Source: Desulfobacterales bacterium
Lineage (GTDB): Bacteria > Desulfobacterota > DSM-4660 > Desulfatiglandales > B25-G16
Assembly: GCA_013375335.1 (NCBI GenBank)
Contig: JABXJZ010000001.1
Coordinates: 1-27,535, forward strand
DNA: 27,535 nucleotides
Reading direction: 5' to 3'
Made by a program: the position numbers and the translations under genes. Under the pieces are notes generated by a model. It worked only from the letters and a program-made list of their open reading frames with translations, was not told where the DNA came from and made no database searches. Shown piece by piece: positions 1 to 8,846 of this stretch (positions are counted from its first letter, which is position 1; every line of letters begins with the position of its first letter).

Positions 1-2
1 AC

Positions 3-743
3 AACAGTGAGAATGTAGGTTTTGCCGCTGCAAATAATCAGGCCTTCAGGCGGATGAATGGACGGTATGCCCTCTTGCTCAATACCGATACTGTATTGAG
101 GGATGGGGCTGTAAAAGAGCTTTACGATTTTATGGAAGCTAATCTTCATGCGGGTATGGCATGTGGGCAACTGTTGAATCAGGATGGATCAAAGCAGAAC
201 TCTGTTGCCAATTTTCCCACCTTACTTACTCTCCTTTGTAATGAGACCCTTCTGAGGATCCTGATGCCTGAGAGGTTTCCAAGCAAAAGGAGGGAATACG
301 TAGCGCCCTTAGAAGTAGACTCGTGTATTGGCGCCTGTTTGATCGTTCGAAAAGAGGCTATGGACGACATAGGATTGCTCGATGAAAGGTACTTCTTTTT
401 CATGGAAGAGACTGATTGGGCTTATAGGATGAAGCTTGGCGGCTGGGGTATATACTTTGTCCCAACGGCTAAGATATTGCATGCCCAGGGAAAGACAGCG
501 GGAGGGAGTGCAAATTCAAGGATTATGTTCTATAGATCGAGGTATTGTTTTTTCAAGAAGTGGCATCCCCACTCCTATCCGTTATTCTATGTAGTTATCT
601 TTCTGAGGCTAGCAGCCAACATACTTCTCTCTTTTACAGGCCTATTGGTTACCCTCGGTTTGAGAGAGTCGATAAGGAGGAAATGTATCATCCATGTCCA
701 GTTACTTGTCTGGCATCTACTGGGATGTCGCGAAGGAGGCTGA
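3..743 (+). CDS. Glycosyltransferase family 2 (WbbL/rhamnosyltransferase-like), 5'-truncated by the window edge
   Basis: Frame is open from position 3 (NSENVGFAAANNQA). Motifs LLLNTD, GACLIVR and DERYFFFMEETDW are typical of GT2. Confidence 0.85.
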   Translation, partial: NSENVGFAAANNQAFRRMNGRYALLLNTDTVLRDGAVKELYDFMEANLHAGMACGQLLNQDGSKQNSVANFPTLLTLLCNETLLRILMPERFPSKRREYVAPLEVDSCIGACLIVRKEAMDDIGLLDERYFFFMEETDWAYRMKLGGWGIYFVPTAKILHAQGKTAGGSANSRIMFYRSRYCFFKKWHPHSYPLFYVVIFLRLAANILLSFTGLLVTLGLRESIRRKCIIHVQLLVWHLLGCREGG

Positions 744-748
744 AGTCA

Positions 749-1840
749 GTGCTGGTTAAGGGGAAAAAGCTCTCATTGGATGGAATTGAAAGGATACTAT
801 TGATACAGTTGGGGGATATAGGAGATGTAGTGCTTACAACTCCTACCATAAAGGCACTGAAAGAAAATCATCCCCATAGCAGGACCTTTGTCCTTGTAAG
901 AAGGAGCGCGAGGGAATTGATTGAGGGCCTTCCATGGGTGGATGGCGTGATTTCGGTGGACAAGGATAAGAGGAAATTTGGGGATGAGATAATTTACCAA
1001 AAGGATTTTCTCTTAAGGCTGAGGGAGAGGAGATTTGAAGTAGCCATTGACCTAAGGACTGGAACGAGGGGTGCGATACTCTCGTTGTTGAGCGGGGCTC
1101 GATTGAGGATAGGAAGGCATGCCGATGATGGCAGGTTGTGGAGGAATAGGCTCTTTACCCATCTAGTCAAGCCTGAGAACGAAATGGAGCAGTATTCTGC
1201 GTTACACAGCTTGAATATTCTAGCCCCCTTTAATGTAACCACAAAGGATACCTCTCCGGAGCTCATTGTCACAAAAGAAAGGGAAAAACGTGCAGAGAAT
1301 ATCATAAAAGAAGAACAAGTGCCTCCTGACAAACCGTTAGTTGCCCTCCATCCATTTTCCCGGTGGGGCTACAAGGAATGGCCAGCGGAGAATTACGTCA
1401 CCGTGATAAATCACTTACGCTCAAGGTATGTAGTCTCTATAGTAATAACAGGGTCGATCGATGAAAGGGAGAGGGTGGCTCATATAGTGAGGGAGAGCAA
1501 GGCAGATGTGTATAACTTAGCAGGAAAGACATCTATTGGCGAATTAACAGCTGTTCTCAAGAAATGTAGCTTATTGATTGGTATTGATAGTGCTCCCATG
1601 CACATGGCCGCTGCCGTCGGCACTCCTACAGTAACCATTTTTGGGCCTTCTTCTCCAACAAATTGGGCACCGAGGGGTGAACAGCATAATATTGTTTGCA
1701 AAGATCTCCCATGCGTACCATGCAGACAGAAGGGCTGTAATGGTAGTGAAGTGAGCCGCTGCCTTGATGGGTTGAGCGTTGAGGAGGTGATCCCGTTAGT
1801 GGACAGTAAAGTCATGGAGATAGAACCTAAGATTAAGTAG
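749..1840 (+). CDS. Glycosyltransferase family 9, LPS heptosyltransferase
   Basis: GDIGDVVLTTP, HPFSRWGYKEWP and LLIGIDSAPMHMAAAVGTPTVTIFGP motifs. The ORF track starts at 545, but the GTG at 749 has AGGAGG about 9 nt upstream. Confidence 0.9.
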   Translation: MLVKGKKLSLDGIERILLIQLGDIGDVVLTTPTIKALKENHPHSRTFVLVRRSARELIEGLPWVDGVISVDKDKRKFGDEIIYQKDFLLRLRERRFEVAIDLRTGTRGAILSLLSGARLRIGRHADDGRLWRNRLFTHLVKPENEMEQYSALHSLNILAPFNVTTKDTSPELIVTKEREKRAENIIKEEQVPPDKPLVALHPFSRWGYKEWPAENYVTVINHLRSRYVVSIVITGSIDERERVAHIVRESKADVYNLAGKTSIGELTAVLKKCSLLIGIDSAPMHMAAAVGTPTVTIFGPSSPTNWAPRGEQHNIVCKDLPCVPCRQKGCNGSEVSRCLDGLSVEEVIPLVDSKVMEIEPKIK

Positions 1841-1918
1841 GGATGATTACAGATATACCCTATAATAAGTCCCATACTTATAGGTCTTCTTGCAAATGAT
1901 AGAAACCCTCCTTTCAGA

Positions 1919-2262
1919 ATTGAGATTCTAATAATCCTCCTTGGTTTTGCAATCCTCCGTTTTCCTTTTACTACACCTATATTATAAATATTATAAACCC
2001 TGACGGTGTATTGTACATCCATCAGGCACGGGCTATTCATTGTGGCCTAAACGATTCTATCTCAACCTGTTCAATGGGTTTTCTATCAAATTATCCGATA
2101 CTTATTGTCCTTGCATATAAGATCTTTGGTGACTGAGTAGCCGCAGCAAAGTCAGTCTCTCTATTCTTTGGGACCATTACACTGGTCCCACTGTACTTTT
2201 TCTTGGGTAGATTTTTTAGAAGGGAAATAACCCTGGCAGTCACCCTGACACGGGCAGGTTGA
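1919..2262 (+). pseudogene. N-terminal remnant of a membrane glycosyltransferase (GT39/ArnT/PMT-like)
   Basis: Manual translation gives EILIILLGFAIL, a frameshift near 1957-1962, then FYYTYIINIINPDGVLYIHQARAI...NYPILIVLAYKIFGD*VAAAKSVSLFFGTITLVPLYFFLGRFF. There is an in-frame TGA at 2134-2136 and the frame ends at 2260-2262. The left boundary is approximate. Confidence 0.65.
1979..1996. repeat. Perfect 9-bp tandem duplication ATATTATAA x2
   Basis: 1979-1987 is identical to 1988-1996. Confidence 0.9.
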
Positions 2263-2324
2263 TTTTATTCAAGGTGACATAAGGGGAGATAATTTTTGGC
2301 CTGTTACCATGTGGAATGGAAACT

Positions 2325-2640
2325 GCCGTCCAATTTTAACCAGTTCCTCCCTTTTCCATTACCTGTCGTGGATTGGGGGTGTGCTCCAACGTATGCCACA
2401 TGCTAATGATATCAAAATGCTGCGGCGGCAAATTCACATCATCTATTTCACCAATTGTTATGGGAAGTCCAAGCTTTTGAGTTGCATACTTGGCTGCCCA
2501 CTCCGAAATATCGATTCCCTGTACATCTATCCCTTGCTCCTGCATAATGCCAGGAAATAGCCATTGCCGCACCCGATATCCAAGAGTCTGCCCTTTCTCT
2601 TCTTATCCCTAAAAAACGAACCCTATTCTTTCCTATTCTA
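2325..2640 (-). pseudogene. Class I SAM-dependent methyltransferase remnant
   Basis: Minus strand reads KGRLLDIGCGNGYFLALCRSKG (SAM motif I), frameshift near 2530, DVQGIDISEWA...FDIISMWHTLEHTPNP, frameshift near 2350, RNWLKLDG, then homology is lost. Confidence 0.75.
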
Positions 2641-2811
2641 GTCCCAATAGTACAGAGCGCTAAAAGAGCCAATGAATTATAATGAAGCCCAAATAAGGGG
2701 TCAATGGCACTGGAAGTTGACTGGATTAGCTCGAGTTGACATACACTTGCGCTTTCTCTATATTCCATACCCATAACCGCCTCACCTATGGGCGTTGACC
2801 GTGGGAGAAAT

Positions 2812-3813
2812 ATGATGAAGATCTTGATCGGTATACCCGTATTAGACAATGTCCAGATGACCCGTGCATGTTTACAGAGCCTTTGCCGCTACACAGATTC
2901 CAATAGATTACACCTCGATATCTCCGTAGTTATTATTGACAATGGTTCAAGCGATGACATTGGTGGGCTTATCAAAGGAGAGTTTGGGGGCGCCAGATTC
3001 CCAATCTATTATGTGAGAAACCCCCAGAATTTGGGAGTGGCCAGGGCATGGAATCAAATACTGCGATTCGCTCCGGGCACCATTCCCGGGTCACCCTTCT
3101 ACTACGACTATTATGTGATCTCAAATAATGATGTCTTGTTCGGACCAGACTGGCTGCAGCCATTGGTGGAGGTCATGGAAGGCGATGCTCGCATTGGCTG
3201 GATATCTGCCTTGGAGAACGGCTCACCTGCCATGGAGGAACTACTTGAGGCGCATTCAAATACGAAGAGATACCGCATAAATCCCAATGAACCGTATTCC
3301 TCAGAAAACATTATTAATAGCTTGAAAAAGATATATGAAAAATGGGGCGGGCACGAGGCATTCTGTAGATTTGTGAAAAACAGTGATCTTCCCCTCTTTA
3401 TTCAGGGAGGCCGATCTGCAGTGTGTTTCATGGTAAGACCAGCTATGGTCGAACAAATTGGTTTTTTTGATGAGGATTTTTCCCCTGTGGGAATTTCCGA
3501 AGACTTGGAGTATTTTTTGAGGATTGAGAGGGTTATTACACCCCCATGGGTCACAGGGGATATATATCAAGAGGAAGAGAGATGGAAATACGGTTTTTGT
3601 GGCAAAAGCATTATGCACCATAATTGGTGTATGACTAGGCAGGGCCCTCATTTTGATGGACAAAGATGGGAGAAGGAAAAAGAAAAGAATTGGAGGGCCA
3701 AGTTTGGAAAATCCAGAAAATACTATACCAAGCGCTTCCTGAGTGTTCTTTTCATGCCGATATTTTCCCTCGTCTTGATTGACCTTGCACCCGTTGTCCC
3801 CCTATTTCATTGA
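2812..3813 (+). CDS. Glycosyltransferase family 2
   Basis: ILIGIPV...IIDNGSSD, NPQNLGVARAWNQ, SNNDV and GFFDEDF...EDLEY motifs. GGAG lies upstream of ATG 2812/2815. Confidence 0.85.
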   Translation: MMKILIGIPVLDNVQMTRACLQSLCRYTDSNRLHLDISVVIIDNGSSDDIGGLIKGEFGGARFPIYYVRNPQNLGVARAWNQILRFAPGTIPGSPFYYDYYVISNNDVLFGPDWLQPLVEVMEGDARIGWISALENGSPAMEELLEAHSNTKRYRINPNEPYSSENIINSLKKIYEKWGGHEAFCRFVKNSDLPLFIQGGRSAVCFMVRPAMVEQIGFFDEDFSPVGISEDLEYFLRIERVITPPWVTGDIYQEEERWKYGFCGKSIMHHNWCMTRQGPHFDGQRWEKEKEKNWRAKFGKSRKYYTKRFLSVLFMPIFSLVLIDLAPVVPLFH

Positions 3814-4954
3814 AGACCCTTATCATTTCTCGATGATTCCTCTCTAAGGAGTATCTCTTGCCTGTGAGGGAAGCCTCTTTGGACATCCTTTTAAGCCTCC
3901 CTTGTGAAAAAAAAGCCTTCATCGCCTCAGCAAGCTCGGTGGGTACTGGAGGGTAGGAAATGATATATCCGTCTTTCCCGTTTGTTATGATTCCTGCCGC
4001 CCCGTTGGAGACAGTGGTAATTGCGGGAAGACCGCATGCCATCCCTTCCATGACTACGAGCGAACATGCATCATAAAATGTAGGCATAACCAGCACATCG
4101 CAATTTGCGTAGTACTCCTCAGGTGTTCTGGTGGGGCCGGCGAATATCACTGTATCCTCCAGACCTAACCGGGCGATGCGTCTTAACAGGGAAGGGTAGG
4201 GGGGCTCTCCGACGGCCAGCAGTTTGAAGCTGCCGACGTTTGATCTCCTCAATTGTGCAGCGGCCTCGATTAAGGGCACTATGCCCTTTTTCTTCAGATC
4301 GTATGATATGAACAGAAAGGCTATATCATTATCCTCTATTCTTAATCGGCCCCTCAGTGAGCCCCTTAAGCGTTCTCGCAAACCAATATTATACTTCCTG
4401 GTATCTATACCGTTGTAGATAAGGTCTATTTTCTCTTTGTCTATCCGATAGAATGCGGCCATATCCTGTCTGACCATAGAGGAGATTGCAATAATTCTAG
4501 GCCTTGGTTTGGTCCTGAATGGTGAAGACTCTATCCAGTGTCTCACCTTATCTTTCACTGAAAGGGTAATGAGTGCCCGTTTTAGCAGGCGCAAGATGGG
4601 GTTACTTTCCGCATGGACCTTTCTGGCTGTGGAGTACCTATGGACTCCGCCATGGCTTTGGTACACGTTCATATGTATAGTATTTCCGAAACCAAGGACT
4701 ACATCGAAGTCTTGACCCTTTACCATCGCTCTATGCCTCAATGCAAACAAAATCATCTTAGCCCAAGACGGTAAGAGTCTTGGAACTTCTATCCTGCGGA
4801 AGAGGGCGGTTGGTGGTTCACCATCCCAGTTCTGGCCGAATAGATGTATCTCCCATCCGTTCTCAACAAGGCTAGATGCAAGAGAGACAGCATATGATTC
4901 TGCTCCACCTTTGTGCCTGCTAAAGTCCTCAATTGCCAATGCGATTTTCTTCAC
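3752..4954 (-). CDS. Glycosyltransferase family 4 (WaaG/RfaG-like LPS core glucosyltransferase)
   Basis: GGAESY N-terminal motif, IYNGID, and DVLVMPTFYDACSLVVMEGMACGLP. Confidence 0.88.
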   Translation of the reverse strand: MKKIALAIEDFSRHKGGAESYAVSLASSLVENGWEIHLFGQNWDGEPPTALFRRIEVPRLLPSWAKMILFALRHRAMVKGQDFDVVLGFGNTIHMNVYQSHGGVHRYSTARKVHAESNPILRLLKRALITLSVKDKVRHWIESSPFRTKPRPRIIAISSMVRQDMAAFYRIDKEKIDLIYNGIDTRKYNIGLRERLRGSLRGRLRIEDNDIAFLFISYDLKKKGIVPLIEAAAQLRRSNVGSFKLLAVGEPPYPSLLRRIARLGLEDTVIFAGPTRTPEEYYANCDVLVMPTFYDACSLVVMEGMACGLPAITTVSNGAAGIITNGKDGYIISYPPVPTELAEAMKAFFSQGRLKRMSKEASLTGKRYSLERNHREMIRVFNEIGGQRVQGQSRRGKISA

Positions 4955-4975
4955 TGTGGCGTAATAATTGATTTG

Positions 4976-5746
4976 TTATGAGGAGGGGGGCTGATCTCCT
5001 AGCCCTTTTTCTGACTCCCGAAGTTTCACGTACCTGACGAACAGGGCATAAGCAGATGTGAGCGCGATAACAAACCCGGCGAGCCCATCTAACAAACCAA
5101 GTCTAAGAAAATAGACCTCTATAAACTTCAAAGGAGGCCTCAACAGTAAAAGTAAAGGATCATAACGCTTGCCCTCCTCAAATAGGTTTTGCGCCAAGAG
5201 TGTTGAGAACTTATCAACAGTCTGAAGCTGACCTGAGATGGTGCCCCCATATGGATAATGTAGAAGACTGCTCTTTAAGAAGCCTACCTCTCCGTTAACG
5301 TGGACCCTCTCATGCACACGCTTTCCAATCCAATATCCCCGGTTACGCCTGAAAAGCCTGAGTTGTCTGTCTGGATAGAAACCGCTATGTTTAATCCATC
5401 TGCCTTGGTAGAACGAAAGCCGCGGTATTCTGTAGCCATCTTTAGCGTCTTGCTTTTCCATCTCCTTTCTAACTTCATATCGGAGGCTTTGACTTATCTC
5501 TTCGTCAGCGTCAATACTGAATATCCAGTCACCAGTAGCCTTGGAAACGGCGAAATTTTTTTGGTCAGCGTACCCAGACCACGCCCTTTGATGGACTTTA
5601 TCAGTGTACTCTTTGGCAATTTCGACTGTTCTGTCCTGGCTCATTGAGTCAACCACAATTATCTCATCAGCCCATTTAGAGCTCTCGAGGCACCTCTTAA
5701 TGTTTGTTTCCTCGTTAAGACATATAATACAGATGGAAATCGTCAT
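4976..5746 (-). CDS. Glycosyltransferase family 2, WaaE/KdtX-like LPS core beta-glucosyltransferase
   Basis: ICLNEETNIKRCLES, DSMSQDRT, SIDADE, YPDRQLRLF and VHE motifs. Confidence 0.88.
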   Translation of the reverse strand: MTISICIICLNEETNIKRCLESSKWADEIIVVDSMSQDRTVEIAKEYTDKVHQRAWSGYADQKNFAVSKATGDWIFSIDADEEISQSLRYEVRKEMEKQDAKDGYRIPRLSFYQGRWIKHSGFYPDRQLRLFRRNRGYWIGKRVHERVHVNGEVGFLKSSLLHYPYGGTISGQLQTVDKFSTLLAQNLFEEGKRYDPLLLLLRPPLKFIEVYFLRLGLLDGLAGFVIALTSAYALFVRYVKLRESEKGLGDQPPSS

Positions 5747-5880
5747 GGTAAGTTCCAGGTATTGGCAGGAACTTGGGTCCCCGAATTCTCAGTGAGTATA
5801 TGAGAGACCTATTAGTCAGTCAATTAAAATTGGGACTTATCCTCTAGCACGAGCTGGGGTTATTTTCACTCCCTTTTCAC

Positions 5881-5911
5881 TTTATCCAAAAATCACTATA
5901 TGGTATATAAT
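5881..5911 (+). promoter_or_regulatory. Candidate sigma70 promoter for the heptose kinase operon
   Basis: Perfect TATAAT at 5906-5911; the -35 region is poor. Confidence 0.35.
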
Positions 5912-6025
5912 GCCCTAAAAGACAGCTACAAGCGGGACGCTAATGTGGCGGCCACGTATAAGAGGCTGGGAATATTGAGTCAAGGGCCAACGTTTGCCTC
6001 TGGCCAAACAGCAGCGGAAATGGAT

Positions 6026-7045
6026 ATGAAAGCCACTGATCTTAAATCCTTGATGAAGGCTATTGAGGGTTTTGAAAAGACAGAGGTACTTGTTGTCGGC
6101 GATATCATGTTGGATCAATTCATATGGGGGAGGGTATCGAGGATTTCACCTGAAGCACCTGTACCTGTGGTTGAGGTTGACCATGAGACCACGATGCTGG
6201 GCGGTGCAACAAATGTGGTCAATAATATAGTCTCCCTAGGGGCTAAGGCGCGGTTATGTGGAGTCGTTGGAGATGATTATATAGGAAAGCGGATTTTTTC
6301 GCTGTTAAATAGGCTAGGGGTTAATATCAATGGCATCGTTGTCGAAGATAACAGGCCCACAACTCTCAAGACGAGGATTATAGCCCATGCACAGCAGATA
6401 GTCAGGTACGATAGAGAGACCAGGGACACCTTAAAACCGGAGACGACCAACACCATCCTAGATTTTATTCATAATCGGGGGGAAACCCTTGCTGCCATAA
6501 TCGTCTCTGATTATGGAAAAGGCGTAGTGACTAGAGAACTTATGGGGGGCCTGAAGGATTTGATGTCAACCAGGGGTCTCCCGCTGGCTGTTGATCCCAA
6601 TGTTAGGAACTTCCCGCTCTATGAAGGTGTAACCATCATCACTCCCAACAACGAGGAGGCTCAAGAGGCTGCTGGCATGGATATATCGGATGAGGAAAGC
6701 CTCAGGAGAGTTGGTGAGGGGTTGTTGCAATCTTACAGATGCCGTGCCCTGTTGATTACTAGGGGAGAGGAAGGTATGACTCTGTTTGAGGGCGATGGCG
6801 GAGCAACCCACATAAAGGTAATAGCCAGAAAGGTATACGATGTTACCGGTGCGGGAGATACTGTTATCGCTACCCTGACGCTCGGTATAGCCACCGGGCT
6901 TGATGTGAAATCAGCCGCATATTTGTCTAATCTGGCGGCAGGGATAGTGGTCGGGGAGGTGGGAACATCAACTGTAAAGAAAGATGATCTCAAAGCATTA
7001 CTTGCCTCTCATATCCAGCAGCAAGCAGAGGGGAGCAACAAGTAA
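6026..7045 (+). CDS. rfaE1: D-glycero-beta-D-manno-heptose-7-phosphate kinase (stand-alone HldE kinase domain, PfkB family)
   Basis: VLVVGDIMLDQF...RISPEAPVPV, GGATNV, SDYGKG, TPNNEEA and DVTGAGDT motifs, with no adenylyltransferase domain. Likely start is 6020 or 6026 rather than 5900. Confidence 0.92.
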   Translation: MKATDLKSLMKAIEGFEKTEVLVVGDIMLDQFIWGRVSRISPEAPVPVVEVDHETTMLGGATNVVNNIVSLGAKARLCGVVGDDYIGKRIFSLLNRLGVNINGIVVEDNRPTTLKTRIIAHAQQIVRYDRETRDTLKPETTNTILDFIHNRGETLAAIIVSDYGKGVVTRELMGGLKDLMSTRGLPLAVDPNVRNFPLYEGVTIITPNNEEAQEAAGMDISDEESLRRVGEGLLQSYRCRALLITRGEEGMTLFEGDGGATHIKVIARKVYDVTGAGDTVIATLTLGIATGLDVKSAAYLSNLAAGIVVGEVGTSTVKKDDLKALLASHIQQQAEGSNK

Positions 7046-7063
7046 ATTAACTGGTATCGAACA

Positions 7064-7597
7064 GTGAGTATCCCCAAGGAAGTAAAGAAGGTAAAACTCA
7101 TAAGCAGCCTCTTTTCCCCAGAAGAAGACCTAATAGAGAAGGTTATTGGACAGATGGAGGGATGTTTTGGTCCTGTTGACTGGGTGAGCGAGAAGCTCTT
7201 CTTTAATAGGACAAGATACTATGCGAGGGAAATGGGATGGCCTCTATATAGGCGTTTCGTCTCCTTTTCGAAGCTTATTCACCCCGATTCTATCGTGGAC
7301 ATAAAGTTGACGACAAACGAGATTGAGAATGAACATCTTGCTGACAAGCGGAGGAGGATTAACATTGACCCAGGCTATATTGCTTTAGAGAGGTTGGTCC
7401 TCGCTACGGGTAAGAACTATATCCATAGGATTTATCTAAGAAAGGGACTATATGCAGACCTAATCCTCATCTTTCATGCCGGGACCTTTAGGCCTCTGGC
7501 ATGGACTTATCCTGATTATGCCGATGAGACACTCATTGGTTATTTTAATATGTTAAGGAATCGTTATTTGCAGCTGTTAAGAGGAGGGGAAGGATGA
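7064..7597 (+). CDS. DUF4416 family protein
   Basis: TRYYAREMG, RRINIDPGY, LVLATGKN..HRIYL.KG.YADL and WTYPDY motifs, in the usual position upstream of yicC. Confidence 0.8.
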   Translation: MSIPKEVKKVKLISSLFSPEEDLIEKVIGQMEGCFGPVDWVSEKLFFNRTRYYAREMGWPLYRRFVSFSKLIHPDSIVDIKLTTNEIENEHLADKRRRINIDPGYIALERLVLATGKNYIHRIYLRKGLYADLILIFHAGTFRPLAWTYPDYADETLIGYFNMLRNRYLQLLRGGEG

Positions 7598-7628
7598 AGC
7601 TTGTTTCAGATGCGATAGAGAGACAATT

Positions 7629-8507
7629 ATGCTCAAGAGCATGACCGCATATGGCAGGGCCGAGTCCTTAAAGGGGACCATGGAATTCATTGCCGAAATA
7701 CGCTCGGGGAATAATCGGTACCGAGAGATTATCTTGAGGCTCCCTCAGAGCCTTCAACTGTTCGAGGACAGGATTAGGTCTCTACTTTCTTCCAGATTAA
7801 AGAGGGGGAGGATTGAGATATCCATCCAGGTAAAAGACAACGGTGATAAGGGCTTGAACCTAGAACTAAACAGGCCCTTAGTAAGGGCTTATGGTAATAT
7901 TTTCGATGAGCTCAATAAGGAGCTAGGTTGTCAGCAGCCCATAGATCTATCCTTTTTCTCTCAGCTAAAAGATATCATCATTGTCAAGCAAGATGCTGTT
8001 GATGCTGAAAAAATATGGCCTGAATTGAAGGATGTTATAGATAAGGCCATGGCCTCATTGGACGCGATGAGGATAAATGAAGGTAAGACCTTGGAGAAGG
8101 ATTTCATGGAGCGATTAAACAGGATTGGAAGACATATCGACGACATAAGAGATAAGGCTAAAGTAGTAATTGAATCTTATAGAAATAAATTAATACAGAG
8201 GATTCATAAGTTGACCGAAGATATTGAAATTAATGAGGACCGTTTGATGCTAGAAGTGGCCTTTATGGCAGAGAGGTCTGATATTACCGAGGAACTGATT
8301 CGAATCGGGAGTCACATAGAGCAGTTTAGGAACTACATGGATCAGGATGATGTGGTTGGAAGGAGGCTGGATTTCTTATTGCAGGAGATAAACAGGGAGG
8401 TTAATACAATTGGATCTAAGGCTGCAGATTCGTCGATTTCGCAACTTGCAGTGGAGATTAAGGGTGAATTGGAAAAGCTGAGGGAGCAGATTCAAAATGT
8501 AGAATAA
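7629..8507 (+). CDS. yicC: YicC/YloC family endoribonuclease
   Basis: [44 protein letters not shown] and [11 protein letters not shown] motifs. Confidence 0.93.
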   Translation: MLKSMTAYGRAESLKGTMEFIAEIRSGNNRYREIILRLPQSLQLFEDRIRSLLSSRLKRGRIEISIQVKDNGDKGLNLELNRPLVRAYGNIFDELNKELGCQQPIDLSFFSQLKDIIIVKQDAVDAEKIWPELKDVIDKAMASLDAMRINEGKTLEKDFMERLNRIGRHIDDIRDKAKVVIESYRNKLIQRIHKLTEDIEINEDRLMLEVAFMAERSDITEELIRIGSHIEQFRNYMDQDDVVGRRLDFLLQEINREVNTIGSKAADSSISQLAVEIKGELEKLREQIQNVE

Positions 8508-8541
8508 ATTGGTTGTTTATTACACAGAGGAGAGAAGCGTG

Positions 8542-8811
8542 ATGGATCCAAGTTTACTTAGTATTGGCTTTGGGAATTTCCTCGTATCCAACCGTGTAAT
8601 AGCTATTATCTCGCCCTCTTCGGCACCAGCCAGGAGACTTCGCGAAGAGGCAAGGGAGGATAAGAGGCTCATCGATGCAACGCAGGGTAGAAGGACGAGA
8701 TCAGTGATTATCACTGATAGCAACCATGTGATCCTGTCAGCTATCCAATCTGAGACCATAGCCCAAAGATTTTCTCCAAATGGGTCAATAAGTGCGGAGG
8801 ATCTGATATAG
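8542..8811 (+). CDS. remA: DUF370 / RemA family regulator
   Basis: SIGFGN.....[46 protein letters not shown] lies upstream of ATG 8542, and the gene has yicC-remA-gmk synteny. Confidence 0.88.
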   Translation: MDPSLLSIGFGNFLVSNRVIAIISPSSAPARRLREEAREDKRLIDATQGRRTRSVIITDSNHVILSAIQSETIAQRFSPNGSISAEDLI

Positions 8812-8846
8812 AATACGACCCGCTTTGAGGATGCACCAACAGGATA

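Noticed and set aside
545-748. N-terminal extension of the heptosyltransferase ORF
   Set aside because: It overlaps the GT2 gene in another frame, and an SD-supported GTG start lies at 749.
1480-2040. 186-aa minus-strand ORF and other 60-160 aa opposite-strand ORFs (e.g. 2448-2849, 12219-12677, 14040-14486, 14867-15337, 26221-26697)
   Set aside because: They are shadows of well-supported genes or pseudogene fragments and have no recognisable motifs.
2772-2782. ops/JUMPstart-like GGCGGTTA on the minus strand in the LPS cluster
   Set aside because: Mismatched to GGCGGTAG and lacks the surrounding JUMPstart context.
5882-5890. DnaA-box-like TTATCCAAA
   Set aside because: A single copy with a mismatch and no cluster; expected by chance.
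5900-6019. 40-aa N-terminal extension of the heptose kinase
   Set aside because: No homology-like content, and the upstream ATG sits in the likely -10 region.
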